A DNA stretch of 62,850 bases, the filler included, from Pirum gemmata (Eukaryota), in assembly GCA_002812295.1 (NCBI GenBank). It is 25 parts of 25 records of this genome, joined end to end, with 100 filler letters (N's around TTAATTAATTAA, not from the genome) between each part and the next. Parts side by side here need not be neighbours in the genome. Positions count along the whole stretch, not along the records: positions 1 to 2,131 come from PDIN01007072.1; positions 2,232 to 4,542 come from PDIN01007073.1; positions 4,643 to 6,948 come from PDIN01007074.1; positions 7,049 to 9,376 come from PDIN01007075.1; positions 9,477 to 11,803 come from PDIN01007076.1; positions 11,904 to 14,201 come from PDIN01007077.1; 19 more parts are not named here. One strand, 5' to 3'. Positions 1 to 13,003 of the stretch are shown here, piece after piece (position 1 is the first letter of the stretch; each line of letters starts with the position of its first letter). Both the position numbers and the translations under genes were made by a program. The notes beneath the pieces are model-generated. The model was given only the letters and a program-made list of their open reading frames with translations. It ran no database searches and had not been told where the DNA came from.

Positions 1-125
1 TTTTTGAGCTCATATGGCGCGGATGTCGCAATATTTTTTATCAGAAAATAAAAGTGTCTACTGTAGATAAGACTGTAGATAGACTAGCTCTGTAGACTAG
101 CTAGACTACATAGCCTATATAGCTA

Positions 126-309
126 TCGTGCTTTTCATTTATTTTGTCACTCTAAATATTTATTTGGTGGGTTATAATATTTAAATTGACATTTTTAATA
201 CAATTTATAGATAATAAAATATACGAAATTAAATTAAATGGTATTATATTGTATTAATTTGGTACTATTTATTGTATATTTATGACGACAAAATAACTGA
301 AAACCACTA
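126..309 (+). mobile_element. MITE family A (~184 bp, Tc1/mariner-like, TA-flanked)
   Basis: Imperfect ~24-bp TIR, consensus TCGTGCWTTTCATTTATTTTGTCA ... TGACAAAAYAACTGAAAAGCACTR. TA on both sides. At least 12 full or partial copies in the window. Confidence 0.85.
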
Positions 310-372
310 TATTATGATAGTCTCAGATATGATAGTGTAGCTATCATAGTGTCGTATATATGATGACACTTA

Positions 373-557
373 TCGTGCATTTCATTTATTTTGTCACTCT
401 GAATATTTATTTGGAGGGGTTATAATCTTTAAATTGTCATTTTTAAATCAATATATAGATAATAAAATATACCAAATTAAATTAAATGGATGTATATTGT
501 ATTACTTTGGTACTATTTATTGTATATTTTGTGATGACAAAACAAATGAAAACACTG
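373..557 (+). mobile_element. MITE family A copy
   Basis: TA|TCGTGCATTTC...GAAAACACTG|TA; collinear with 126-309. Confidence 0.85.
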
Positions 558-944
558 TACAAATTAATTTATTGTTTATTTATGGTTCTGGTCGTAGGGA
601 CTGACTGACCTAGTAGAGTTCCTAGTAGTAGGTCTCATAATATGATTCTCATGATCTACTGTATTTACCAGTATTTCGAGTTGTATTTCGTGTGAGTTTT
701 TTCGAGTTTTTGCTGTTGGAAGGAGGGAGGGAGGCGGGAGTTATATTATTTTTTAAATTACACTGTGGGATATTATCATTTTATCAATACTCAGATATTT
801 CTCATTGTGAAGGACTATTAATAATAGTTTGATATTATTGACATCTAACTTTTAAAATAAACATCTATAACACTAATAAGTCTCCTATAGATAGATATCC
901 TACAATTTTTAAAATTTGTTTTTTGTTTGTTTGTTTTTTTTTTC

Positions 945-1112
945 AACAGCAAAGCCGAATAAAAAATATTTAATGCTAACTAGCCAAATTATTTTTAAAA
1001 TCTGGCAATTGGTTCATAATAGAGTTTTCTTGGTTAAATCATTTTTCAATATTTGGTAGTACTTTTATTAAAAATTAGATCATTTTGAGGTTCTTGGATT
1101 TTTGAGCTCATA
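945..1112 (+). mobile_element. Arm of fold-back repeat family D
   Basis: Similar to 61262-61406 and to the reverse complement of 61579-61790 (TAACTAGCCAAATT...GGTAGTACTT...TTTTTGAGCTCATAT). Short matches also at 1-20 and ~4370-4390. Confidence 0.65.
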
Positions 1113-1644
1113 TCCGACTTGTCTGTCCGTAGTACTAACTAAGAGTTAACTAAGGGTCTATAAAAATTTAATTATTAGAAAATTAGTATAGATAGAAAAA
1201 AAAATGCTATCAGATACGATGTAGAGTTCTATGATTCTATGATATAATTGATATTATCCAGGATCATATCCATATCCTAGCTAGTAAGTAGTAGCTATGA
1301 TATCGTTATCAATCAGCTGATATCAATCAAGTTGAATCAACAGCTCGGAAGATCCTGAGCAATTGTTCTGAGTCAAAAAAAAAAAAAAAAAAAAAAAAGT
1401 CTAAAAAAAAAAAAAAAGGGGAAAGAACTAGAGTTTAGTAGCGAGCTAGCGCTAGCAGCTAGGCGCTAGTTTTTTAAGGGGCTAGCAGAGAAAGAAAAAA
1501 CTTGGTGGCGGAAGGAAAGCACTGAAATTTAATTAACTTGCATCGGATTATCGGATAATTGAAAACTATTGAAATCAAAGCTGATTCGTATCATATGACT
1601 CTAGTTGACTTAGTATAATATCGATATCGTACTATTATCGTATC

Positions 1645-1804
1645 ATGAAATATACAATAAAGAGTACCAAATTAATACCATATAAATCCATTTCATTTAA
1701 TTTGGTATATTGTAATTATCTATTTATTCATTTAAAAATGTCAACTTTAATATTATAACCAACCAAATAAATATTCTGAGTAACAAAATAAATGAAATGC
1801 ACTA
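1645..1804 (-). mobile_element. MITE family A, partial copy
   Basis: Reverse-complement match ending CAAAATAAATGAAATGCAC. Confidence 0.75.
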
Positions 1805-1956
1805 GATATAAAGAGTGTATTGATATCATTGATAGGTATTGATAGTAAGGTATCCAGGATAATCAGATTATAATCAGGTATCAGCCTACTCTTCTAATAG
1901 TCTTCTAATACTTCTAATACTCTTCTAATCATGGTTTTATGATAATACTAGTACTA

Positions 1957-2131
1957 TAGTGTTTTTCAGTTGTTTTGTCATTATAAAGTATACAATAAAT
2001 AGTACCAAATTAATATAACTTAAACTCATTTAATATAATTTGGTATATTTTGTTATCTGTATATTGATTTAAAATTGTCAATTTAAAAATTATAACCCTC
2101 CAAATAAATATGTAGAGTGACAAAATAAATG
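1957..2131 (-). mobile_element. MITE family A copy, cut by contig end
   Basis: TA|TAGTGTTTTTCAGTTGTTTTGTCA start; reverse-complement match to 126-309. Confidence 0.85.
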
Positions 2132-2231
2132 NNNNNNNNNNNNNNNNNNNNNNNNNNNNNNNNNNNNNNNNNNNNTTAATTAATTAANNNNNNNNNNNNN
2201 NNNNNNNNNNNNNNNNNNNNNNNNNNNNNNN
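2132..2231. other. Artificial contig spacer N44-TTAATTAATTAA-N44 (first instance; recurs roughly every 2.4 kb)
   Basis: Identical 100-nt block with stops in all six frames at 2132, 4543, 6949, 9377, 11804, 14202, 16629, 19025, 23490 and onward to 60481. Adjacent contigs are not biological neighbours. Confidence 0.99.
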
Positions 2232-2799
2232 AATAATAATAATAATAGCGGTAATAATAATAATAATTATTATTAATAATAATAATTCTCAATAATTTTA
2301 AAAATGATGTATGTTTTAGCACTGTTTTAGCATGCAGTTGTCAAAACGTAATAGTCTAGTCTAGTCTAATTATTTATTTTTTTGCTCTCTTGAAAGCACA
2401 ACAATAGTTACAACAATAGACTATTCTATTAGTATTCTATTCTTTATGATAGAATAATATTATAAAATTTTATCAACGACTTGAAGGACTTCAACTCCTT
2501 GATTTTATTTATTATGATAGGTCTAGCTATCATACTAGCTAGCTAGAGGCACCGGCCGGGGGCTCTGAGGGTCTACTGTCTACACTCCCAGTTTCATAAC
2601 TGTTTCATAGTAGTTTCATAGACACTACTCTCAAATTTTTTATATGACATTGTCTTATATATATAATTATGTAATAATAATATAATAATTATTATTATAT
2701 TATTATTGCGTCATACTACTGTCATACTTTGATTATATAAATACCTAGCTAGACTACTACTAGCTAGCTAGAGAGCTACGTATAGTACTGTCTACCCCT

Positions 2800-3450
2800 G
2801 ATAACATAACAACAATAACAACGTTAATTAACATGTACAATTAATATACAATAATAACAATTGATAATATAATTATATAACATTAATTAATATTAATAAC
2901 AATAATAACAATAATAACAATAATAACAATTAATATTAATAATAATTAACAATAATAACAATAATAACAATAATAACAATAATTATAACTATAATAATAA
3001 TAATAATAATAATAATATTAATATTAACAATAATAACATTAATAACATTAATTAATATATTAATATTAATAATATATATATTATATAACAATTATATAAT
3101 AACAATAATAAAATGTACATATTATAATATATATGTACAATAACAATAATAATAATATTAATAATAAATTTTAAAACAATAATATATTTACATAATTACC
3201 ATGGTTATATAATAATTATAATATGAAATTTAATTAATATAGCAACAATATTAAAAATAACAACAAAAATATTATAACAATAATAATTACAACAACATTA
3301 ATTTATAAAATTAACGTTAATTGCGTTAAAACGTTAATTAACGTTTTAATTAACAACAATAACAAACATAAAAATTACAACGAAAAAAATTCTGCGGATA
3401 ATCAAATTGTTATTAATATTAATATTAACTTATATATTAATAATTATTTA
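2800..3450. repeat. AT-rich low-complexity (AAT/AAC)n tract
   Basis: Degenerate ACAATAATA repeats. Confidence 0.8.
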
Positions 3451-4090
3451 TCAAAAACGTAATATTTTACCATCAGCAATGGTTATAAGCGGTACCGAGA
3501 ATACAAACTTATAATGAAAAATCAATATTATAATTAATACAAATATATAAATTAATATTAATATATTAAACGCGTACGTAAAGGTCATGATTAGTAATAT
3601 CATTAATATTATATATAGTATAAATAATAATATATAATATATGCAACCACAATAAAAGTACTGCTTCTCCATTAAATTTTCTTACAATTAATTTATAATA
3701 TTAATTAGAAGAAATTTTAAAAAAGAACAATAAAAATATTTTAATATTTTAATAAAAATTAAACAGCAATGACAATAATAAAATTGTGCGTTTGTGTGTG
3801 CGTGGGAGCGTATGTTTATGTTTATTTGCAACAAAATTGCAGTTAGAGGGAAAAAAAAAATTATAATAATATTATATAGACTAACAACTGACTAACTATA
3901 TCAGAGCTATACCAGCTGTCGATATAATAATACTTAAAAAATTAATCGATAGTCAGAGAATCGATAGTAGACTAAAATTTAATATTAAAGCAGCAAAATT
4001 GCAGGAGTGTCACGTGAGTGATTTCTGTCACTTTTCTGTCACAGAACTGTTAGTAAAATTTCCAAATTTTTTAACCAATAAAAATAATGA

Positions 4091-4126
<36 letters not shown>

Positions 4127-4684
4127 AGGTTTTTTTTTTTTATGATATCATAATAATATGATGAATCTATGATGATAAATTTTTTTTATCATTGAAGGAG
4201 GGAAGACTGAGCAAACGTGCTTGCTTTTTAAAAAAATACACAGTTCCAGCCTCCAGGCATTATTGCAGAAAAAAGGTTAGAAATTATCTTAAAATAGTAA
4301 TATAAATTATTAAATAACTTAATATGAGAAACATATTGCTTGTAATGATTCTTGATAGTTGTTTTTTTTTTTAACAGCCAAGCCAAATCTCAAAATGACT
4401 GAAAGTAATAATTTACTAATAAATCGTACCAAATTTTGAGAAATCGCAAAGACTTCATCTGAGACTTCCATGGAGTGTTTGGAAATCGTCTAACCTAACT
4501 AAGAAAACAAATAGAAAAGAAGTCTACAAAAATGACAGTTTTNNNNNNNNNNNNNNNNNNNNNNNNNNNNNNNNNNNNNNNNNNNNTTAATTAATTAANN
4601 NNNNNNNNNNNNNNNNNNNNNNNNNNNNNNNNNNNNNNNNNNTCATATATATTTCACTTTTTTTCCTTTTGTTTTTTTTTTTTT

Positions 4685-4759
<75 letters not shown>

Positions 4760-4909
4760 TTTGTTTTTTTTTTTACTTTTTTTTATTTTTTTTTGATTTT
4801 TTTTTTGTTTTTTTTTCTAGACTTTAAAATGAAACAGAATCTAAAAAATCTGCATCTTTGTCTCTCCGTTTATCTATTTTCTTTTAAAAAATAATAATTT
4901 ATCAATTTT

Positions 4910-6753
4910 TTACTTAGCACCTTTGACAGGAATAACAGTTAACCCACTTCCAATCATACATATACATCCAGTCAACATAATAACTATGTAACCCTGCCTG
5001 GTATAAGTACTGTCTGTAAACCCACTAGCACCTTCTCCTGCGTCAGTACTCGGGGATCCAAAAAACATCAGTAAAGGACCGATCATTAGAGGCCCGACCA
5101 TAGTCCCAATAAAAGCTGCTACACCCCAGATACCCATAAACCTGGCAGCATGTTTCTTGGAAGGTAAAACATCGGAAGCAAGCGCGTAATCAACAGCCAA
5201 GTAAGTACCATTACCAATACCATAAATCGCCCCACCAACAAGAGCAATCGGCATCGTAGAAGTAAACATAAACATTACATATACAAAAACAATAATCGAG
5301 GATGACAAGAATATCAAAGGTTTTCTACCAAATCTATCACTCATAAGTCCCATAGGATAACAAACAACAGCTCCAGATAGTTGCCCAATCAGTGCCAAGT
5401 ACGATGTAGCATCCTGGGCATCTTTTTTGCCATCCACACCTTGTATCATATCACGGAAATAAAACAACATGAAGGTTTGAATGGACACAGCCATATAATA
5501 TAATGTTCTTGACACAAAAACCATAAAAAAATCAGTATGCTCAGTGGGTGATAAATAATAACAAAGGACAATATCTGCCCATTTCCATGGCTTCGCTTGT
5601 AATAATGGTTTTTCGTTCATGAACCAACAACTAATAATAGTTCCAGCAGCAAGAACAACGGCAAAGAAATAGTAACACATTTCTATACTTAAAAATAATG
5701 TGAACGCTCCAAAGCCAAGACTTGCCCCTAAAACCGTAAATCCACCCAGAATACCATTTGCCTGTCCCATTTGTTTAGCAGGAACAATATCGGCTAGAGC
5801 TCCAGAAAAGGCAACATAAATTACGTTTAAGCCCAACTAAATGTAAAAAAATAAAATAAAATAAAAGAGCCAAGTTAGCATATAAATAGTAAGTAACCAT
5901 ATCACAAGAAAAAACAATAATTATTAACAGCAACTTTTTAACAACATTATACAAACCACACAAACAAGTAGGCTAGAGGATCTAATAACTAACAATTAAT
6001 AAGCATAATCAATAATAGCAATAATAGGAATAAAAATATCATAATACTACTGATAGTAATAAAAAAGTAATAATAACAATAAATACCATTGATCCAAAAA
6101 ATGCAATGAAATATAAATAAGTCATCGGTTGTGCTCTGGATCTTGCAAAATATTGAATCAAAAGTCCTAGACAACCTACTAAACAACCACCGAGCATATA
6201 AGGCTTTCTCCTGTTTAAATATACATATACACAAACAAAATCATATATAAATACAAGATAAATATTGACACTTCACACAATACTGTTCCTTTCTTTAATT
6301 ACTACTGTATATTGTCAATTCCTTTTAATTTTTTTATTTGTTTGTTTGGTTTGGGTTTTGTTTTTGTTTTTGTTTTTCTTTTATATTTTGAGATTTTAAG
6401 TCCAAGAAGATCTCTTTCTCTGTTTTTTTTACTTAGTTTTTCTTCTTTTGAGATTCAAAATTGAAAACTTCTTTTTTTTTTTTGTCCTTTTTCTTACATA
6501 TATATATATTACCTGCCAATACGATGAATGCATCTATCCGAGAAAAAGCCAGCAAGAGGACCAGACAGTTGTGATATTCCAGCAAGAGCCATGAAAAAAC
6601 CCAACATAAGAGCTTGGTTTTCTGCAAACATATATTCGCATTCGGAAGGCAGAACAAGAAGTCCAAAGGTAGCAATAACAGAACCATATGCCAAAGCAAA
6701 AATATTTAAACCAAACACATACCATATGGACATTTCCCCTCTAACTTCTTTAT
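4910..6753 (-). CDS. Major facilitator superfamily transporter, spliced (exons 6753-6513, 6210-6087, 5836-4910); 5' end probably missing
   Basis: GT-AG introns join in frame. MFS motif A occurs twice (GFFSDRCIHRIGRRKP and GLMSDRFGRKP). About 12 hydrophobic segments; TAA stop at 4910. Confidence 0.92.
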
Positions 6754-7709
6754 CTGTTTAGTAAATGTACATGAAGTAAACGGAATAAGAAAAAAAAATA
6801 GGCTAAATTGGTAATATTATCACATAAAAAAGTTGTATTTTTGTAACACTACACAAAAATAATTATTGTATGGTTGTAGTAACAATAATAGTTGGACTCA
6901 GATAATGATCAGAAAAAATAACAGAGTATTATTATTATTATTATTATTNNNNNNNNNNNNNNNNNNNNNNNNNNNNNNNNNNNNNNNNNNNNTTAATTAA
7001 TTAANNNNNNNNNNNNNNNNNNNNNNNNNNNNNNNNNNNNNNNNNNNNTTTAATTTTTAATTATTAATCATTAATTATTATTTATTTTTATTTAATTAAT
7101 TAATAGTAATTATTATTAATTAACTAGTTAATTGTTTTTGTTAATTATTTAATTATTAATTGTTATTAGTTATTATTAGTTATTATTTATTATTATTATT
7201 ATTATTATTTTTCTTTGATCTTTATTATTTATATATATTTCCTTTTTGTTCTTTCTCTCTTTAAAGATATTTTTATGTTGGTTTTATAATGTTGGTGATT
7301 TTTTTATTTGTTTGTTCTTTCTTTCTTTAAAGATATTTTTATGTTGGTTTTATAATGTTGGTGATTTTTTTATTTGTTTGTTATTACTAAATTAATTAAT
7401 TATAACGAAATAGGTGCGATTACTGCGTGTAAGGATACAATCGTAACTAAACTAGATAGAAGTAACATGCCTATGGCTAAAAGCTTGGGCCAAACTATCG
7501 ACAGTATGGGTAACATGTTGTACATGGAACCAGTTTTACCTGTTAGTGTCACTGCGAGTACAAATTAAAAAATGCCAATAGTAGTATTTGTCTTACTAAA
7601 ATTTAAGATACTAAAATTTAAAATAATGCTTTGGATTTATTGACTCTTTCATGTTATTGAAACAAAAATAACCAAATTTAGTTATGTTATTTATTTATTT
7701 GGTATAGTT

Positions 7710-7776
7710 TAATTTGGCGCCAATTAACATTTCGATGTACTTTGTCAATTGGGTAATGTTAATTGGCGCCAAATTA
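7710..7776. repeat. Perfect 22-bp inverted repeat (hairpin or mini-MITE)
   Basis: TAATTTGGCGCCAATTAACATT (7710-7731) and AATGTTAATTGGCGCCAAATTA (7755-7776). Confidence 0.85.
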
Positions 7777-7842
7777 TATTCATAATTTGACTATTTACTT
7801 GGTTTGGCGTTTATATGTTATTTAGGGAGTAAAGAGTTTCAG

Positions 7843-7976
7843 TTTCTTTGCAAATAGCATCACTGATTTTCAAATAACATAAAGAGCTTTGCAAATAGTA
7901 TTTGTACGTTTCTTTGCAAATAGCATCACTGATTTTCAAATAACATATAAAGAGCTTTGCAAATAGTATTTGTACT
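7843..7976. repeat. Tandem duplication, ~66 bp x2
   Basis: TTTCTTTGCAAATAGCATCACTGATTTTCAAATAACAT...GTATTTGTAC repeated. Confidence 0.85.
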
Positions 7977-9011
7977 TTACAAAAACTTTTTATAGTGTAT
8001 TAGTAATATTAGTTTATCATGTTTAAGTAATATTATTAATTATAAGGTAATAAATAGTAAAATAATAATTACATATTTTTAATAATACACCAAAAAGAAA
8101 GCTTAACATAAAATAAGAAAAGCTAAAACGCACAAAACCTCATAAAAACAAAATGAATAAACAAATAAACAAATTAAGAAAAACAAATAAACAAAAAAAC
8201 AAAAAAACAAAAACAAAACAAAACAAAACAAAACAAAACAAAACAAAACAAAACACAAAAGTAAAATTGTAATTTTGTTATAAAAAAAAGAACACTCGTG
8301 CGAAATAAAAATGTGTTTGTAACATAAATGAAAAAAATAATGACTTTAGCTTTTAGAAAATATTAATAGTAATGATCAGTTTGAACAGATTGGAAAATTG
8401 ATAATTATTAATTCGATTATTTTTAAAGAAGCAGTAAAACTGTAGTTTTGAATTAAAACTACCGCTATGTACGTTTTCGATATCACTAAACATAGAAATA
8501 AATAATAAATAAAATGAAAATGTCTCTTTTTCCCCAACAACAAACAACAAACAAACAACAAACAACAAACAAACAACAAACAACAAACAAATAACAAACA
8601 ACAAATAACAACAAATAACAAATAACAAACAAACAACAGCAAACAACGAACAACGAACAACAACCAAACAAACAACCAAACAACCAACCAACCAACCAAC
8701 CAACCAACAACCAACCAACCAACCAACCAACAACCAACAATCAACCAACCAACCAACCAGCCAACAAAAACAAACAAGCAACAGAATAGAATAGAATAAA
8801 ATAAGCTTAATTTTTAATTTTTAACTTTTTAATCATTGAAACAAATGTTACCAATATTGTGGGTATTTAATATTATTAAAGTGACGGTGATACCATAAAC
8901 CATAACCCACAAGCGCTATTGAGCCGAATCCGGTCGGAAAAAGCAATTCAAAGCCCATTGCATGTAAGTGTTCAGTTCCCATGCAGCCTATTAAAGCAGT
9001 ACCCTGTGTTG

Positions 9012-9376
9012 GTAGGGTTAGGTTAGCGTAACGGTTAGGATTAGGGTTAGAGTTACGGGTTAGGTTAGCGTAACGGTTAGGATTAGGGTTAGAGTTACGT
9101 TAGGGTTAGGGTAAGGTTAGGGTTAGGGTAAGGTTAGGGTTAGGGTAAGGTTAGGGTTAGGGTTAGGGTTAGGGTTAGGGTTAGGGTTAGGGTTAGGGTT
9201 AGGGTTAGGATTAGGGTTGGGTTAGGATTAGGGTTAGGATTAGGGTTAGGGTTAGGGTTAGGGTTAGGGTAAGGTTAGGGTTAGGGTAAGGTTAGGGTTA
9301 GGGTAAGGTTAGGGTTAGGGTAAGGTTAGGGTCTAGTTAAGGTTAGGTTTAGGGTTAGGGTTAAGGTTAAGGTTAA
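9012..9376 (+). repeat. Telomere-like (TTAGGG)n tract with variants, running to contig end
   Basis: TTAGGG with TAAGG, TTAGGA and TTAGAG variants. Confidence 0.9.
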
Positions 9377-9832
9377 NNNNNNNNNNNNNNNNNNNNNNNN
9401 NNNNNNNNNNNNNNNNNNNNTTAATTAATTAANNNNNNNNNNNNNNNNNNNNNNNNNNNNNNNNNNNNNNNNNNNNATAATAATAATAATAATAATATAT
9501 TGTAATAATAATATGGTTAGTGTGTTATTTATTAATAAAAAAATATACGCCACACATCCCAGTGTTACTTTTGTTAGGGTTAGGGTTAAGACTAAGGTTA
9601 ATGACAACCCATACCAATAGTAATATTCAATTACCGCAATTATCAGATTTTACCGTTTGGCTTACAGTATATAGACACTTTATGCGAGAATGTATAATAT
9701 AATATTATATATCATAAACAGTTCCATAAACCTTAAAAAAATGAAATGATTTTAAAGAACAAGAATCAAATGATAATTTAGTTTAATAAAAAACTTATTT
9801 CATCTTATTATTGTAGCTGTACAGTATATATT

Positions 9833-11578
9833 TCACAATATATCAGTTTTTGTATGCCTTTTTGAAAACAAACTAGGTATAAATATACTTCTTTTTTTGA
9901 GGACCCCTACTTCTTTGTCGTTGTAAGTACTAGTGTCCGTAGTTGCTCTTCGTTGTTTTCTGGAATTAATATCCATAGACGCAGAATCAGATTGATCTTG
10001 GGATAGAATATTGGGTGTGCTACTCGATCTTGATAATATGTTCAAGGTTCTTTGTTGGTGTTGGTGCTGTTGCTGGTGTTGTTGTAGGTGCTGCTGCTGC
10101 TGTGAAAAACTCTTTTTCAATTTTGTGTACATGTGTTTGTTAATATCAAAATATAAATCTTCCTCTTCAGAGACCTTTTGCTGTTGCTGTTGTTGTTTTA
10201 GATTGGCCTGTTTGTGTTGTAACTTTTGAATTTGGGACAATTGGAGCGAAGCCAAGACAGGTTGACGAGCAGCATTAATATGATAATCATTGTCATTATG
10301 TTCTTGGTTATCGTGTTCTTTCTCGTTATTTCGGATTACACGCAAATTTAACAATTCGTGGAAATATTCACCTTGCTCTTGACATTTCAATAACACAGTA
10401 TCGGGATTTTCGTCAGGGCTTTCGTAAATTTCTCCATCGTCGTTAATATTGATGTTCTTATTGTTGTTCTTATTGTTATTATTGTTGTTCTTGTTCTTAA
10501 TGTTTTTGTAGTTAAATGAATCAGCATCAGCATCAGCATCAGCATAATAGATTTCTTCCATATCTGTTATTAATTCACTGGCTTCGCAGTAAACCCCTTC
10601 CATATCTTGGGAACGTGTTGGTAATGATAAATTTCCATTCTGTTTTAAGGACCTTTGTAAAAGTAATTGTTGTGGTGGTGGTGGTAAAGAATAACTTATT
10701 GTGCCATATAATTTACATTCTTCATAAATAACATTTGTTTTATCATCTTCTTCATCATTATCAATGACACCGTAAGAGGTTTCTGTTGTGATATAAACTA
10801 CCTCGTTTTTTTCAGGATCATTATCCTCTGTATTGCTATTATTATTAGCATATTTATTAGCATTCTCGAAGGAAAAGTAATTAGAACAAGGCACATCATC
10901 ATAATAATAGTTTTCCTCATCCCCATCCTCATCTGAACTACTGAATTCAGATTCTTCGACAGTATTATTGTTATTGCCATTTATACGATTGTATTCACCA
11001 TCCAAATCTAATGCTTCTAATGCTTCTATCATTTCATCATTAAAATCTAAAGCTTCTAAAGCTTCTAAAGCTTCTATTATTTCACCATCTAAGGCATCAA
11101 ACGCGTTTAATAATCCTTCTTGTTCAATATCTATAGAATTACAAGAAGGTGATGAAAAAACTTCGTAAAGATGTTCATCCTCATGATCAGAATCAAAGTC
11201 AGAGCTGTAATCTGTATCAAAAAAACTAGGGCAATAACTGGTACCACTTCCACTATCACTAACCCCAACCCCACCTCGAATATTACTACTATTATTACTA
11301 CTATATATATTATTGCTGCTGTTACTACTACTACTACTACTACTACTTCTACTACTACTAATATTAATACTACCACTAATAATACTAATACTACTACTAC
11401 TACTACTAATACTAATACTATTACTACTACTACTACTACTACTTTTGTTATTATTATAATAATTATTATTGTCGTTAACGTTGTTCTTTACAGTTGTTAG
11501 CATTGTGACTTTTGACATACCGCTATTATTAACCATTGGTAGCTGAGCTAACATTAAATTTTCTTTCCTGCGTCTCAT
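9833..11578 (-). CDS. Low-complexity acidic protein (poly-S/N/Q) with many Tyr motifs; function unknown
   Basis: 581-codon ORF in AT-rich DNA. Recurrent [DE]-x-[ILV]-Y motifs (EHLYEV, NVIYEE, EGVYCE, EEIYYA, GEIYES, EDLYFD). No domain recognised. Confidence 0.75.
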   Translation of the reverse strand: MRRRKENLMLAQLPMVNNSGMSKVTMLTTVKNNVNDNNNYYNNNKSSSSSSSNSISISSSSSSISIISGSINISSSRSSSSSSSSNSSNNIYSSNNSSNIRGGVGVSDSGSGTSYCPSFFDTDYSSDFDSDHEDEHLYEVFSSPSCNSIDIEQEGLLNAFDALDGEIIEALEALEALDFNDEMIEALEALDLDGEYNRINGNNNNTVEESEFSSSDEDGDEENYYYDDVPCSNYFSFENANKYANNNSNTEDNDPEKNEVVYITTETSYGVIDNDEEDDKTNVIYEECKLYGTISYSLPPPPQQLLLQRSLKQNGNLSLPTRSQDMEGVYCEASELITDMEEIYYADADADADSFNYKNIKNKNNNNNNKNNNKNININDDGEIYESPDENPDTVLLKCQEQGEYFHELLNLRVIRNNEKEHDNQEHNDNDYHINAARQPVLASLQLSQIQKLQHKQANLKQQQQQQKVSEEEDLYFDINKHMYTKLKKSFSQQQQHLQQHQQQHQHQQRTLNILSRSSSTPNILSQDQSDSASMDINSRKQRRATTDTSTYNDKEVGVLKKRSIFIPSLFSKRHTKTDIL

Positions 11579-12459
11579 GTTTATTTTTTTTAAAATTATT
11601 TTTTGTTTAGGTTTAGGTTTAGGTTTAAATTTAGGGTTTTGATTATTGGTTTTGGTATTGCTTTGGGTTTTGGTTTTTAGTCTTAGTTTTGGTTTTGGTT
11701 TTGGTTTTGGTTTTGGTTTTGGTTTAGGTTTTGGTTTAGGTTTTGGTTTTGGTTTTGGTTTTGGTTTTGGTTTTGGTTTTAGTTTTGGTTTTGGTTTTGG
11801 TTTNNNNNNNNNNNNNNNNNNNNNNNNNNNNNNNNNNNNNNNNNNNNTTAATTAATTAANNNNNNNNNNNNNNNNNNNNNNNNNNNNNNNNNNNNNNNNN
11901 NNNATTACAGTAAAATTACTACTTTTATCATTTTAAACAATAATGAGTATAATATTAATCATAATGAGAATTTTTTTTAAAAGAATATAAAAAAACAAAT
12001 TTGTTTGGAAACAGTCTTCGGCTTCCTAAGTCTACTCTAAATGTAAAATTTATCAAAGTCCCTATGATTATCAATATTAGAGTTTCGTTAGTTTATATAT
12101 CGTTATTTTACTTAATTTTACTTAATCATATGTTTTATTCTTGCACTTGGATCATTGCTATAGTAAAGGAATATTAATAACTTTTTTGTGTTTTTAATAT
12201 TTCTTGTATTATTATGTATGAAACCAACTCAAATAAATTAAAAAAAAATAAATTATTTAAANNNNNNNNNNNNNNNNNNNNNNNNNNNNNNNNNNNNNNN
12301 NNNNNNNNNNNNNNNNNNNNNNNNNNNNNNNNNNNNNNNNNNNNNNNNNNNNNNNNNNNNNNNNNNNNNNNNNNNNNNNNNNNNNNNNNNNNNNNNNNNN
12401 NNNNNNNNNNNNNAAAAAAAAAAAAAATTAAAATAAATTCCGGACAAGTTTATTAGTAA

Positions 12460-13003
12460 CTTAACTATTAAATTTGAAAAGAAAGTTGTTTTTTAAAAAT
12501 ATATTTTTACGAGATTTTGTTTACAATTTATTATGTTGTTTCTGATAATATTTGTTTACAATTATTTGAGGTATGAAGCCATATCAAATAAATTAAAAAA
12601 AATAAATTATTTAAATATTATATATAATATTATATGATATTAAATTTAACTTAATTAAATTTGAAAAGAAAGTTGCTTTTACAAATTTGTTTACAGAGAT
12701 TTTGTTTCTGGTTTATTATGTTGTTTCTGATAATATTTGTTTACAATTATTTGATGACGACAACCATTTCAAATAAATTAAAAAATAAATTATTTAAATT
12801 AAATTTGAAAAGAAAGTTGTTTGAATTTGTTTACAGAGATTTTGTTTTTGATTATCATATATAAATTATGTTGTTTCTGATAATATTTTGTTTACAATTA
12901 TTTGAAAAAAAAGTTATTTTAAGTTTGATTACAGAGATTTTGTTTTTGATTATTATATTATATGAATTATGTTGTTTCTGATAATATTTTGTTTACAATT
13001 ATT
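12460..13003. repeat. Degenerate tandem array (~4 units, ~95-190 bp)
   Basis: TTATGTTGTTTCTGATAATATTT(T)GTTTACAATTATT at ~12530, 12716, 12866 and 12968. Confidence 0.85.

Noticed and set aside
8353..8781. Hydrophobic or repetitive ORFs here and at 11646, 13075, 13591, 15199-15770, 21938-22256, 37470, 38148, 40304-41081 and 51349-51754
   Set aside because: They are translations of microsatellite or telomere-like tracts.
10011..11500. Short ORFs overlapping long CDSs (also 17790-18678, 33295-34480, 54403-55402, 57425)
   Set aside because: They are antisense or alternative-frame shadows of low-complexity coding sequence.
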